Shown here one piece after another: positions 9,225 to 18,853 of a stretch of 64,000 nucleotides of DNA. The translations under genes and the position numbers were made by a program. This DNA is from Acidobacteriota bacterium. Its GTDB lineage: Bacteria > Acidobacteriota > UBA890 > WLXD01. Position 1 is the stretch's first letter, and every line of letters starts with the position of its first letter. Where the stretch lies: NCBI GenBank assembly GCA_963666055.2, contig CAXWPH010000015.1, positions 1,856,001 through 1,920,000 on the forward strand. The letters are read 5' to 3'. Below the pieces are notes generated by a model. It was not told where the DNA came from and ran no database searches. It saw nothing but the letters and a program-made list of their open reading frames with translations.

Positions 9225-9791
9225 TCATCCGTCAGCGCGAGCACTTCCTAGCGCCCGCGCGTACCACAGCAGCTCGTCGACAAAGCGGCCGCCCCGGCCC
9301 TCGAAGGCCTCGTCGAGGGCCGCACCATCCACACCGAGGGTGTGCTCGATGTTCGGCACGGTCATCGCGGCGGGAATCGGCACGGCCCCCAGGTTCATGA
9401 GGACAATGCGGAGTTGTTGCAGCACCACCATGCCACCGAACGCCCCCACCGAGTGGGCGACGATTCCGACCGGCTTTCGCCGCCACTCCGAGCCCAACGC
9501 GTCGATGGCATTCTTGAGCGCCGCCGGGTAGCCCTTGTTGTACTCCGGGGTGGCGATGACCACCGCGTCGGCACGGTCGATCTGTTCGCTCAGCGCGGTC
9601 AGTCCGGGCGGCGGCTCGTCGAGAAAACGTAGCCGTTCTTCGACCAGGGGAAGATCCAGGCGGCGCAGGTCGATCAGGTCTGAGTGCACATCGCCGCGCT
9701 CTCCGAGCTTGCGCAGAATGAAGCGCGCCAGCCGCGGCGTGTTGCGCCCCTGGCGAATGCTGCCCAGCACGACGGGTATACGCAGGGTCAC
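9225..9791 (-). CDS. NAD(P)H-dependent FMN reductase
   Basis: GSIRQGR, ADAVVIATPEYN..YPAALKNAID, WRRKPV. Confidence 0.9.
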   Translation of the reverse strand: MTLRIPVVLGSIRQGRNTPRLARFILRKLGERGDVHSDLIDLRRLDLPLVEERLRFLDEPPPGLTALSEQIDRADAVVIATPEYNKGYPAALKNAIDALGSEWRRKPVGIVAHSVGAFGGMVVLQQLRIVLMNLGAVPIPAAMTVPNIEHTLGVDGAALDEAFEGRGGRFVDELLWYARALGSARADG

Positions 9792-11029
9792 GAGAGTGGC
9801 GGCTCCAACAAGAGCAACACCAGCAGCGCCGTACGTTCGACCATCTGCTCGAGATCGACGTATTCATGCGAGGCGTGCGCCCCGTCGCCGACGGCGCCGA
9901 GCCCGTCGAGCGTAGGCGTGTAGAGGTTGGTTATGTTGCCGTCCGATCCGCCGCCGGCACGTCCGTGCTCGAGCGCAAAGCCGAGGCCCTCGGCGTGACA
10001 CCGGGCGGCGTCCCAAAGCGTTTTCCCGCCGGCGGTCTGCTCCATCGGCGACCGTCCCTGCGTTTGAGCCGCCTGCACGGTTGCGGCCGGGTGCGTCGTC
10101 GCCAGACTGTGGATCGCCGCATCGACCCGCGCTGCGTCATCGAGCGTCGGAACGCGCACGTCGACATCTGCCACACACTCGGCGGCGATGACGTTCGAGC
10201 GCGTGCCGCCGCCGATGATCCCGACGTTTACGCTGATGCCGCGCTGCGCGTCGTTGAGCGCGAACAACTCTTGCACCAGACGCGACATCTCCAAGATCGC
10301 GCTGATTCCCTCCCCAGGATTCAAACCGGCGTGCGCCGCCCGGCCAGTCACCTTCACTCGATACTGCCGCACCCCCTTGCGAGCTGTTTTCAGCCAGCCC
10401 GCCGGCGTCAGCGACGGCTCCATGACGTAGGCTCGGTCGGCACTGCCGGCGAGCCACCGGATATATTTCTCGGAGTCGTGGCTACCGATCTCTTCGTCGG
10501 AGTTGATGAACACGACCGGCTTGACCTCGGGATCCAAGCCGAGGTCCCGCAACACATGCATCGCATACACCGTCTGCGTCAGGCCGCACTTCATGTCATA
10601 CACACCGGGGCCGCGCATGCGCGATCCTTCTATCTCCACCGGCATGCTCTCGAGCGTGCCGAGCGGCCAAACAGTGTCGCAATGCCCGATCAGCAACTGC
10701 AGCGACGAACGGCGCCGGCGTGGCCAGCTGGCCAGCAACATACCGCCGCTGGTGTAGCCCGAATGTCGCCGGCACCGCAGACCGGCCGCCGCAAGCCCCT
10801 CGGCGAGCTGCTGGAGCGCCACCGTTTGCGTGTGCGGCTCGAGCGTCGGGGTCTCGGTTAGAGCGAGCTTGCGAAGAAATTCCACCGCCTCGGAGTGTCT
10901 GGCGCGGACAGCGTCCAGGACCTCGCCGGCCATTGACTGTGCCGCGGGCGCAATGTTGCGCATTGCTGGCCGCTGTTGGCCACGTTCTTGGCCTACCAGG
11001 CCACTTCGGGGTTCTGCTGTTTCGGCCAT
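9788..11029 (-). CDS. M20 family metallopeptidase (glutamate carboxypeptidase-like)
   Basis: GHCDTVWP, GPGVYDMK, SDEEIGS, GRAAHAG, GGGSDGN, GDGAHASHE; start placed at the ATG 6 nt below TATGAT. Confidence 0.9.
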   Translation of the reverse strand: MAETAEPRSGLVGQERGQQRPAMRNIAPAAQSMAGEVLDAVRARHSEAVEFLRKLALTETPTLEPHTQTVALQQLAEGLAAAGLRCRRHSGYTSGGMLLASWPRRRRSSLQLLIGHCDTVWPLGTLESMPVEIEGSRMRGPGVYDMKCGLTQTVYAMHVLRDLGLDPEVKPVVFINSDEEIGSHDSEKYIRWLAGSADRAYVMEPSLTPAGWLKTARKGVRQYRVKVTGRAAHAGLNPGEGISAILEMSRLVQELFALNDAQRGISVNVGIIGGGTRSNVIAAECVADVDVRVPTLDDAARVDAAIHSLATTHPAATVQAAQTQGRSPMEQTAGGKTLWDAARCHAEGLGFALEHGRAGGGSDGNITNLYTPTLDGLGAVGDGAHASHEYVDLEQMVERTALLVLLLLEPPLS

Positions 11030-11216
11030 GCCGAAATCATACTGGCACAAGCCGGGCCAATCCGAATCATCAGTTGGCGCATGGCGATTCGTCGGAGTCA
11101 GGGAATATGTTCAACCAACTCTTGTTAGGCGAAACTGACTGATGATAGCTTATAGTGCTTCTGGCAATTTTGTGCCTTCGTTTAAAGCGTTTTCACAACT
11201 CAGTGATATTTCTACG

Positions 11217-11981
11217 GTGCAGAAGACAGTCTCATATCTTCTTGCTGCTCTTATCGGGCTGACGATCACGGCAGGCGCGGCGGACGCGCAGGGCCTCCGC
11301 GGCAGCCGCACCTCGATGGACCGCCAGAACCACCAGGCCATGCTGCACGACTTCACCTTCATGCGCGACGGAAAGCACGTCTCCCGGTTCGTACGTGCCG
11401 GCTTGCTTGTGCGGCTGCGCGGCAATCGCGACTACGTCCTCAAGGATGTGTCATACCCCTATGCGCGGCCGGAGGTAAAGCTCTTCACCGAGCGGTTGGC
11501 GGCGCAGTTTCGAGCCGCTTGCGGCGAGCAGCTGGTGGTCACCAGCCTGACGCGCCCGCAAACCGCTCAGCCGCGCAACGCGTCGCCCCGATCGGTACAC
11601 CCGACCGGGATGGCAATCGACCTGCGGCGGCACAACAAGCCGTCGTGTCGTAGCTGGCTCGAGAGAATCCTGCTATCGCTCGAAGAGCGTGGTGTGCTCG
11701 AGGCTGCGGCCGAGAAACACCCACCGCACTACCACGTGGCTCTGTTCCCACGCCCGTATGCCGCCTATGTGCGGAAACTTGTCGGGAAGGCGAGTCCTCG
11801 TACCGGCGACGGCTTCACCGATGTCGCGGCCTACAGGGTGAGCCACCGCGACACGCTCTGGAGAATCGCCCAGAGCCACGGCACAACGACCGACCGTATC
11901 CAGTCCAAGAACGCGCTGAAGTCGACGCGGATCTACCCTGGCCAAGTTCTTCAGGTTCCGGTTCCGAGCCGACGGAAATAG
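11217..11981 (+). CDS. Exported DUF5715-like putative Zn peptidase with C-terminal LysM domain
   Basis: Signal peptide; VVTSLTR, SVHPTGMAIDL, PHYHV; LysM YRVSHRDTLWRIA...IYPGQVLQVP. Start uncertain (ORF open from 11142). Confidence 0.8.
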   Translation: MQKTVSYLLAALIGLTITAGAADAQGLRGSRTSMDRQNHQAMLHDFTFMRDGKHVSRFVRAGLLVRLRGNRDYVLKDVSYPYARPEVKLFTERLAAQFRAACGEQLVVTSLTRPQTAQPRNASPRSVHPTGMAIDLRRHNKPSCRSWLERILLSLEERGVLEAAAEKHPPHYHVALFPRPYAAYVRKLVGKASPRTGDGFTDVAAYRVSHRDTLWRIAQSHGTTTDRIQSKNALKSTRIYPGQVLQVPVPSRRK

Positions 11982-11988
11982 GTGCGGC

Positions 11989-13137
11989 CTAGTTTCGGCG
12001 GGCGGCGACTCGACGTAGCAACGCATCGTAGGACGATGCCAGGTGATCCCAGCCGTGGCGCCGCCGTACCTCGGCAGCCAGACCATCCGTCCGGGCTCGC
12101 CAACGCGCCGGATCCCGCAGCACACTCACGAGCTTGCGTTCCAGCTCGCCGCTGCCGGCGTACAGACACAGCGAGTGCGTTCGCTCCGGCAGAACCTCCG
12201 GATAACTGAGTCGCCGCGGTACGAGGGGAATCGCCCCGGCGGCAACCGCCTCCAGCACGCTGATGCCGTAGAACTCGTGCCTGGCCGTCGACACCACCAC
12301 CGTCGCCCGGCGAAGCAGGGCAGCATATTCACGACGTGGGAGGAAGCCGGAGTGGATCACCCGGCCGCCGAGAGCGCGCCGGCCCGTCTCGAAGGCGCTT
12401 GGCACGCGGCCGGGACATTCCCCGCAGAGCGCCACCCGAAAGGGCACGTCCTGCGCCGCCACGCTGCGCAGAGCGGCGAAGAACGCTGCGGGGTTCTTGT
12501 CGTACTCCCAACGATGGTTCCACAGAACCAGCGGCGACTCATCGCGACCCTCTACGAGACGCTCCGTGAGCCGGCCGGCGCCGGCGAGGTCGTCGACTCG
12601 AATGCCGGGATATACCACCTCGCTCCGATCTCGCACCTGCTGGACACAGTCGAGCTCGCGCTCGTCGGGCATCGCCTCGAGGAAGCGAGGAAGGCTGGCG
12701 AGTAGCTCATCGCGATGGAACGCCGAGTTGAACACGACGCGGTCTGCCGCCAACATCGACGCGAGGTTGACAAAGCCGAACTGCTCGTTGCCTGATTCGC
12801 GCTGCTGCTGCGGCCGTCGTTCGCGAACGTCGTCCGGCAGTGGGTAGGTGAATTGGTTCTCGTGCATGTACAGCACGAGCGGCACCGGCGGATTCTGCCA
12901 GCGAGTCAACGCCAGAAACGTCGTCACGTCGAGCATGTCGGTGGCCAGAATCACGTCGACTGGCTGGAGATCGGCATACTGCCGCGCCAGGGTGATCGCC
13001 GCGCCGCGCATGCGCCACTTCCAAAAACGACCGGGGAGTGTGAGCAGCTCGAAGTCGAGCCCGCTATGCTCGGCCAGCCCGTCGGCCCATGCCGCATGGC
13101 TGCCCCCGTGGTAGGGGGAAAGCAGCGCCACACGCAC
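11989..13137 (-). CDS. DUF3524 / GTDC1(QTMAN)-like GT-B glycosyltransferase
   Basis: PYHGGSH..W, LPGRFWKWRMRG, YMHENQFTYP, WNHRWEYDKNP, HEFYGISVLEA, RLSYPE. Confidence 0.88.
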   Translation of the reverse strand: MRVALLSPYHGGSHAAWADGLAEHSGLDFELLTLPGRFWKWRMRGAAITLARQYADLQPVDVILATDMLDVTTFLALTRWQNPPVPLVLYMHENQFTYPLPDDVRERRPQQQRESGNEQFGFVNLASMLAADRVVFNSAFHRDELLASLPRFLEAMPDERELDCVQQVRDRSEVVYPGIRVDDLAGAGRLTERLVEGRDESPLVLWNHRWEYDKNPAAFFAALRSVAAQDVPFRVALCGECPGRVPSAFETGRRALGGRVIHSGFLPRREYAALLRRATVVVSTARHEFYGISVLEAVAAGAIPLVPRRLSYPEVLPERTHSLCLYAGSGELERKLVSVLRDPARWRARTDGLAAEVRRRHGWDHLASSYDALLRRVAARRN

Positions 13138-13141
13138 CGAA

Positions 13142-14266
13142 CTAGCTGCCGGCGGCCTCGACGCTGGCCAGACCGCGCGCGCCTCTCAGTTTGCTGCCAA
13201 AGAGAATCTCGCTCGTCGTACAGGCGATGTCGATGCCGTACAGCCAGCGGCCCGTCGTCTTGACGTCGGCCCCGTCGAGTACGAACGCGGTGCCGTTCTT
13301 GTCGGCCACCAGCCCGGTAACGAACTCGAACGGCAACGGAAGGGGACACGGCAGCCTCAATTCGCCGCCGACGACGAGGACTACCTCGGCCAGGTTGGCA
13401 AGCCAATAGCGTCCGGCGGCATCGATATCAAAGGCTGTCGCCTGAACTCCTGCCTGTTTCCACACCAGCTTCGCCTTGGTGAGGTTCTTGCCGGTAACGC
13501 GCCAGATGGCGTCCCAGCGGTCCGTGAACAGCGTGGTGATCAGCGGACCGGCGTCGCCGTCGACGAAGTACACGCCGCCGGAGGAATCCCGAGCCAACAA
13601 CTTCGGGTTGAACAGCTCCTTACGCGGAGCAAGCTGTGAGAACTCGCCGCTTTCCAGGTCATATCGCCAGACACGTCCGTCTGCCAACACTTGTCCGCCG
13701 ACCACGGCGCCCTGGTCCGCGATGATCAAGCTTCCCCGCCCATCGAACAGCACGTCGTTGGCAAAGCCAAAGGACTCGGCCAGGTGCCCCGGAGCGGTTA
13801 GCTCGGTGAGGTTGTCACGCGTCTTCGACACGTCGAAGAGCAACACGCGCGACACTGCCGCGATTGCCAGCAGACCGGAGGTCGAATCGAAGGCGACGCC
13901 ACGCGCGACAAAGCTCGTCTTCACCTTCTTGGCCTTGACGCCGACGGGGGCTTCAATGTCGATCTCGAGAGCTCGGAATCGCCTCTCGGTAACCGACAAC
14001 AGCTCCCCGGGCTCGGGGCTCAGCCGCCGCAGATCAGCAACGGCGATGACGCGGTCAGCATCGAGCCGGCGGTCTTCACCCTGCGCGGCCTGCTCATCGG
14101 CCCGTAGAAGGCGGCGCCGTTCGAGCGCCACAGCGACCGTCGCCTCAACGGCAGATCGCATCTGCACGCCTGGCGTCGTCGACGCTGGCACGGCAGTGGG
14201 ATTGGCCGCTAGAAAGACACCGAGCAGAACTCGGAGCGCAAACGGCCGCGAGAGTTTCCGTGGCAT
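13142..14266 (-). CDS. Secreted hypothetical protein, probable beta-propeller
   Basis: Signal peptide; repeated blade-like motifs (RGVAFDS, NDVLFDG, KLLARDS, TAFDIDA, TGLVADK); TATAAT at 14336-14341 (-). Confidence 0.65.
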   Translation of the reverse strand: MPRKLSRPFALRVLLGVFLAANPTAVPASTTPGVQMRSAVEATVAVALERRRLLRADEQAAQGEDRRLDADRVIAVADLRRLSPEPGELLSVTERRFRALEIDIEAPVGVKAKKVKTSFVARGVAFDSTSGLLAIAAVSRVLLFDVSKTRDNLTELTAPGHLAESFGFANDVLFDGRGSLIIADQGAVVGGQVLADGRVWRYDLESGEFSQLAPRKELFNPKLLARDSSGGVYFVDGDAGPLITTLFTDRWDAIWRVTGKNLTKAKLVWKQAGVQATAFDIDAAGRYWLANLAEVVLVVGGELRLPCPLPLPFEFVTGLVADKNGTAFVLDGADVKTTGRWLYGIDIACTTSEILFGSKLRGARGLASVEAAGS

Positions 14267-14358
14267 GGATAAAACGAGAATTGCGGCGCGGACGCGGAGC
14301 GCGCCGAACACGGTATCGGAATGTGAACGCTCGCGATTATAGCGCGAGAGAGACTCGA

Positions 14359-14387
14359 TTGACCCGTCCTCAGCCCGAGCATACGAT
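14359..14387 (+). promoter_or_regulatory. Sigma70 promoter for tRNA-His/tRNA-Arg
   Basis: TTGACC-N17-TACGAT, about 60 nt upstream of tRNA-His. Confidence 0.7.
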
Positions 14388-14447
14388 GACGGGTTCAGTG
14401 TCCTGGGTTCGAGATTTGATGAACAATCGGCTCAGGGAATACTGGGT

Positions 14448-14524
14448 GGTGAGCGTAGCTCAACGGGCAGAGCACTCGGCTGTGGCCCGAGAGGTTGGGG
14501 GTTCAAGTCCCCTCGCTCACCCCA
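14448..14524 (+). tRNA. tRNA-His (GTG)
   Basis: G-1, acceptor GTGAGCG/CGCTCAC, anticodon arm CTCGG-CTGTGGC-CCGAG, T loop TTCAAGT, encoded CCA. Confidence 0.96.
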
Positions 14525-14527
14525 TGC

Positions 14528-14602
14528 GCGCCCGTAGCTCAGCACGGATAGAGCGTCAGATTCCGGATCTGAAAGTCGCAGGTTCAAATCCTGCCGGGCG
14601 CA
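14528..14602 (+). tRNA. tRNA-Arg (CCG)
   Basis: Acceptor GCGCCCG/CGGGCGC, anticodon arm TCAGA-TTCCGGA-TCTGA, T loop TTCAAAT; CCA not encoded. Confidence 0.95.
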
Positions 14603-14975
14603 TGTATTTTGCTCGTTTTCGTCTCGGTTTCATCGAGGTCGAGGGCATGCGGCTCTTCGACACGCGATTTGCCGGCGTCGGCTACGACACAAGTTCGTGT
14701 ATCTGGCTAACGGATTCGCTGTGGGTGTGATGGCGACCCATTTGTTGCGCGGCCGCGCACGCCGCTCGGCGAGTGGCTCTGTGGCCCGCGGCATCTGAGC
14801 CGTCGCGATGTGGCGTGTCGTTTCGAGCCGACGAGGCTTGATCTACGGCACGAGCTCGGGAAGCTCGGCGATGTGGCAAGGACAAGAATAGGGACGCTCT
14901 GGCCAAGTGACCCAATTCAGGAGTTCCTCCTAAATCGCTGTAAACCACTACAAAATAAGGCTTTTCGATTTGAGT

Positions 14976-15048
14976 GGGCCGCTAGCTCAACTGGCAGAGC
15001 AACGGACTCTTAATCCGTAGGTTCTAGGTTCGATTCCTAGGCGGCTCA
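14976..15048 (+). tRNA. tRNA-Lys (CTT)
   Basis: Acceptor GGGCCGC/GCGGCTC, anticodon arm ACGGA-CTCTTAA-TCCGT, T loop TTCGATT. Confidence 0.95.
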
Positions 15049-15061
15049 CCTCTCTCGACGC

Positions 15062-15145
15062 GCGAAAGTGGCGGAATTGGCAGACGCGCTGGCCTTAGGA
15101 GCCAGTGGGCTAACGCCCGTGGGGGTTCGAGTCCCCCCTTTCGCA
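15062..15145 (+). tRNA. tRNA-Leu (TAG)
   Basis: Acceptor GCGAAAG/CTTTCGC, anticodon arm CTGGC-CTTAGGA-GCCAG, long variable arm; classic position before tig. Confidence 0.95.
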
Positions 15146-15246
15146 TGTTCTCCGGCAACATCCCTGCTTGCTCGGTAGGTAACAACACAACTGCGCGACA
15201 CTTCCTTTTTCCCCACGCCCTCTCGACACTGTCGGAAGTAATGAGA

Positions 15247-16578
15247 ATGACTGCACCGATCGATCATCAAGCCGAGTACTCCCATGACGGCGTCCAGCAC
15301 ACCCTCCGCCTGGTGGTTCCGGCCGAGATAATGCGTCAGCGGCTAGATGCCGCCGCGCAGGGCTTTCGCGAGCATGCGCGGATCGCCGGCTTTCGGCGCG
15401 GCAAGGCTCCGTTGTCAATGGTCGCCCAGCAGTTCGGAGACCAGATCAGACAGCGCGTGCTGGACGACGCCATTCCCGAATTCGTTCGCGCCGAGTTGCA
15501 AGCACGCGATCTGCAGCCGCTCGATTCGCCGGCGCTCGACGAGGTCGAATTTCGTGCCGGCGAGCCGCTGACGTTCACGGTGCGATTCGACACGGCGCCC
15601 GAGGTGATCATCGTCGACACCGATCTGAGTGCTACCCGACCGCGCCTCGAGCTCACCGACGAGATGGTCGACGAGGCTCTGGCGAACCTGCGCGAGCGTG
15701 CAGCCAGCCTCGCACCCGCCAGCGAGGGCGACGGCGTCTCCGCCGGGAACTACGCTCGGTGCGACATCGCGCTGTTCGCCAAGGACGGCAAAGGGCGGAA
15801 ACTCATGGAGGAGAACCGCTACGTCCACGTCGGACACGAGCAGGCGATCCCCGGGCTCAACGCCCAGCTCGAGGGCTTGACTGTCGGCGAGGAGCGAACG
15901 TTCGTAACCGAGCTGGCTGACACCTATCCGAGCTCACTGCTCGCCGGGAAGGAAGTCCGATGTCGCCTAAAGGTGACCGAGATCAAGAGCCGGCAGCTGC
16001 CGACGATCGACGACGACTACGCCAAGGATCTCGGCTTTGACAACCTCGCGGCGCTGCGCGTCAAGGTGGGGGAGGACTTGAAGCAGTCGCTCGAGGCAAA
16101 GGCGCAGCGCCAGGTCGAACAACAGTTGCTCGACCAGCTGCGGATGAAGAACCCGGTAGAGGTGCCGCGATCTCTCATCGAGCGCCGCCTTGACGAGATG
16201 TCGCAGCGGTTCGCCTCCGACCTGGCGCAGCAAGGTGTCGATCCTCGTGAAGCGGTCAACTGGGCCGAGTTTCGGGCCGAGAACCAGGCGCGCGCCAGCG
16301 ATGGAATCGCCGACGACATGTTGCTCGACCGAATTGCCGACGACGAGCAGTTGGTCGTGGATGACGAGTTGGTTACGGCCGAAATTCGCTCCCAAATCGC
16401 CCAGAGCGAGGGGGGAAACAAGCGGCCTCTGGCGGCCGTGGTCCAGCAGATGCGGAAGGAGGGGGCCTTCGAGCGATTGCGTACAACGATGCGCCGACGT
16501 TTGGCTTTGGATCACCTTCAGGGCCGTGCTACGATCACTGACGATGGTGGCGAAAACGCCAGTGTTTCCGGGGCCTAG
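15247..16578 (+). CDS. tig: Trigger factor
   Basis: GFRRGKAP ribosome-binding motif, FKBP-like middle region, tRNA-Leu-tig-clpP-clpX-lon synteny. Confidence 0.93.
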   Translation: MTAPIDHQAEYSHDGVQHTLRLVVPAEIMRQRLDAAAQGFREHARIAGFRRGKAPLSMVAQQFGDQIRQRVLDDAIPEFVRAELQARDLQPLDSPALDEVEFRAGEPLTFTVRFDTAPEVIIVDTDLSATRPRLELTDEMVDEALANLRERAASLAPASEGDGVSAGNYARCDIALFAKDGKGRKLMEENRYVHVGHEQAIPGLNAQLEGLTVGEERTFVTELADTYPSSLLAGKEVRCRLKVTEIKSRQLPTIDDDYAKDLGFDNLAALRVKVGEDLKQSLEAKAQRQVEQQLLDQLRMKNPVEVPRSLIERRLDEMSQRFASDLAQQGVDPREAVNWAEFRAENQARASDGIADDMLLDRIADDEQLVVDDELVTAEIRSQIAQSEGGNKRPLAAVVQQMRKEGAFERLRTTMRRRLALDHLQGRATITDDGGENASVSGA

Positions 16579-16676
16579 TGAGCCATCGGTACTGGATTGA
16601 CGCCGCTGATTTTTTCGCTCAGCGTGACGATTCGACGCCGCATGCTGCTCGCCGCCAGCCCAGCTCGGAGCCCGCG

Positions 16677-17267
16677 ATGACGCTCGTCCCCATGGTCGTA
16701 GAACAAACAGCTCGGGGTGAGCGTGCCTACGACATCTACTCGCGGCTGCTCAAAGATCACATCATCTTTATCGGTTCTCCGATCGACGACGTGATCGCCA
16801 ACCTGGTGATCGCCCAGTTGCTGTTCCTCGAGGCGGAAGGTCCGGAGCGTGACATATCGCTCTACATCAACAGCCCCGGTGGATCGGTCACCGACGGACT
16901 CGCGGTGCTCGATACCATGCAGTTCATTCGGCCGGACGTGTCGACGATCTGTATAGGTCAGGCGATGAGCATGGGCGCGATTCTGCTCGCTGCCGGCGCT
17001 CCCGGGAAGCGCTTCGCGCTGCCGAACGCACGCATCATGATCCATCAGCCTTCGGGCGGCATGCAGGGGACCGCCGCAGATATTCAGATCCAGGCGCGCG
17101 AGATCGTGCGGCTCCGCGAGCAGCTCAACCACATGCTTTCGAAATGGACCGGTCAGTCTGTAGAGAAGATCGCATCAGACGCTGACCGGGACTTTGTTCT
17201 AACAGCGTCCGAATCTGTCGAGTATGGTTTGATAGACAAGGTCATTGACTCGCGCGAGGCGAGCTAG
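16677..17267 (+). CDS. clpP: ATP-dependent Clp protease proteolytic subunit
   Basis: [42 protein letters not shown]. Confidence 0.97.
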   Translation: MTLVPMVVEQTARGERAYDIYSRLLKDHIIFIGSPIDDVIANLVIAQLLFLEAEGPERDISLYINSPGGSVTDGLAVLDTMQFIRPDVSTICIGQAMSMGAILLAAGAPGKRFALPNARIMIHQPSGGMQGTAADIQIQAREIVRLREQLNHMLSKWTGQSVEKIASDADRDFVLTASESVEYGLIDKVIDSREAS

Positions 17268-17327
17268 CCCGCCTACCCACGTGCGCTCGATGGGGCGGGC
17301 GCACATCCGGTTTCCAGGAAATCGAAC

Positions 17328-18569
17328 ATGAGCCGATCTAGCTCGGGAAACTCATCGCTGCGCTGCTCGTTCTGTAGCAAGAGCCAGAGCGAAGTACGCA
17401 AGCTGATTGCCGGCCCCAACGTGTACATCTGCGATGAATGCATCGAGATCTGCACGGACATCATCGCCGAGGAGCGCGACCTCGAGGAGCGCAGTAAGCT
17501 CGTCGAGCTGCCCAAACCGGCGGAGATCAAAGCATTTCTCGACGAATACGTTGTCGGACAGAGCGCCGCCAAGAAGAAACTCGCCGTCGCGGTCTACAAC
17601 CACTATCGGCGCAACGACCTGCTCGATCGACGGACCAGCGACGATGTCGAGCTCTCGAAGAGCAACATCCTGCTGATGGGACCGACCGGGACCGGCAAGA
17701 CACTGCTCGCGCAGACGCTCGCTCGGGTGCTCCAGGTGCCTTTCACGATCGCCGACGCCACGACCCTCACCGAAGCGGGATACGTCGGCGAAGACGTCGA
17801 GAACATCGTCCTCAAGCTCTTTCAGGCGTCGGGGTACGACAAGGAGAAGACCGAACGGGGCATCATCTACATCGATGAGATCGACAAGATCGCCCGTAAG
17901 GACGAGAACCCCTCGATCACGCGCGATGTCTCGGGCGAGGGTGTACAGCAGGCGTTGCTGAAGATCCTGGAGGGCGTGCAGGCGAACGTACCGCCGCAGG
18001 GTGGGCGCAAGCACCCACACCAGGAGTTCTTCCCGATCGACACCACCAACGTACTGTTCATCGTCGGCGGCGCATTCGTCGGCCTCGATCGCATCATCTC
18101 GCGGCGCCTCGGGCAGCAGGGACTGGGCTTCACCGCCGACGTGCAGCAGTACGTGGCGACAGAAGAGAACCTCTTCGCCCAGGTGCAGCCAGCCGATCTG
18201 ATTCGCTACGGGTTAATTCCCGAGTTCGTCGGCCGCCTGCCGGTGGTAGGCCACCTGAACCCGCTGAACTGCGAAGATCTCGTAACCATTCTGACGGAGC
18301 CGAAGAATGCGCTCCTGAAGCAATACCAGAAGCTCTTCGATTGTGAGGGTGTGAACCTGACGTTCACCGACGATTCGTTGGTGGCGATCGCCGAAGCGGC
18401 GATCGACCGCGGTATCGGCGCGCGCGGCCTGCGAGCCATCATGGAAGATTTCATGCTCGAGATCATGTACAAGCTGCCGAGCGAGATCGGGGTCGAGGAG
18501 TGCGTGATCTCACGCGAGGTCGTGGAGAACAAGATCGACCCGCTAGCGGTGATAAAGAAGGCCGGCTGA
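17328..18569 (+). CDS. clpX: ATP-dependent Clp protease ATP-binding subunit
   Basis: CSFC...ICDEC zinc finger, [19 protein letters not shown] loop. Confidence 0.97.
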   Translation: MSRSSSGNSSLRCSFCSKSQSEVRKLIAGPNVYICDECIEICTDIIAEERDLEERSKLVELPKPAEIKAFLDEYVVGQSAAKKKLAVAVYNHYRRNDLLDRRTSDDVELSKSNILLMGPTGTGKTLLAQTLARVLQVPFTIADATTLTEAGYVGEDVENIVLKLFQASGYDKEKTERGIIYIDEIDKIARKDENPSITRDVSGEGVQQALLKILEGVQANVPPQGGRKHPHQEFFPIDTTNVLFIVGGAFVGLDRIISRRLGQQGLGFTADVQQYVATEENLFAQVQPADLIRYGLIPEFVGRLPVVGHLNPLNCEDLVTILTEPKNALLKQYQKLFDCEGVNLTFTDDSLVAIAEAAIDRGIGARGLRAIMEDFMLEIMYKLPSEIGVEECVISREVVENKIDPLAVIKKAG

Positions 18570-18853
18570 GGTTCTTTTCGCCCGCGCTCCAGCTGGCACA
18601 CTGCCCGTGACGCCGGCGTCCCGCAGCGCGATGCACGTTCGGTTTGGTGGCCGCTGACGCCGGCCAGACCCACTTGCGATTTGCGGCCGTCTCTCGCCAC
18701 CGTGTAACCTCTACCCTGTAGGGGGAAGCAGCGCAGCCACTCGCTGCGGCGGCGCCAATCGGAACTTTCTACCGCGGCTCGGCCCTCGGCCACGGTTTCA
18801 CCGGCGCATGAGCTCGACATCTGGTCGAGCACCACCAGAACCTCCCACGTCCT

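Noticed and set aside
11051-11216. Riboswitch (c-di-AMP or c-di-GMP) upstream of the LysM gene
   Set aside because: Only short weak inverted repeats; I could not match consensus motifs. Better explained as divergent promoters.
14603-14975. Integrated element or ncRNA between tRNA-Arg and tRNA-Lys
   Set aside because: No duplicated tRNA 3' end, integrase, convincing ORF or recognisable RNA family.
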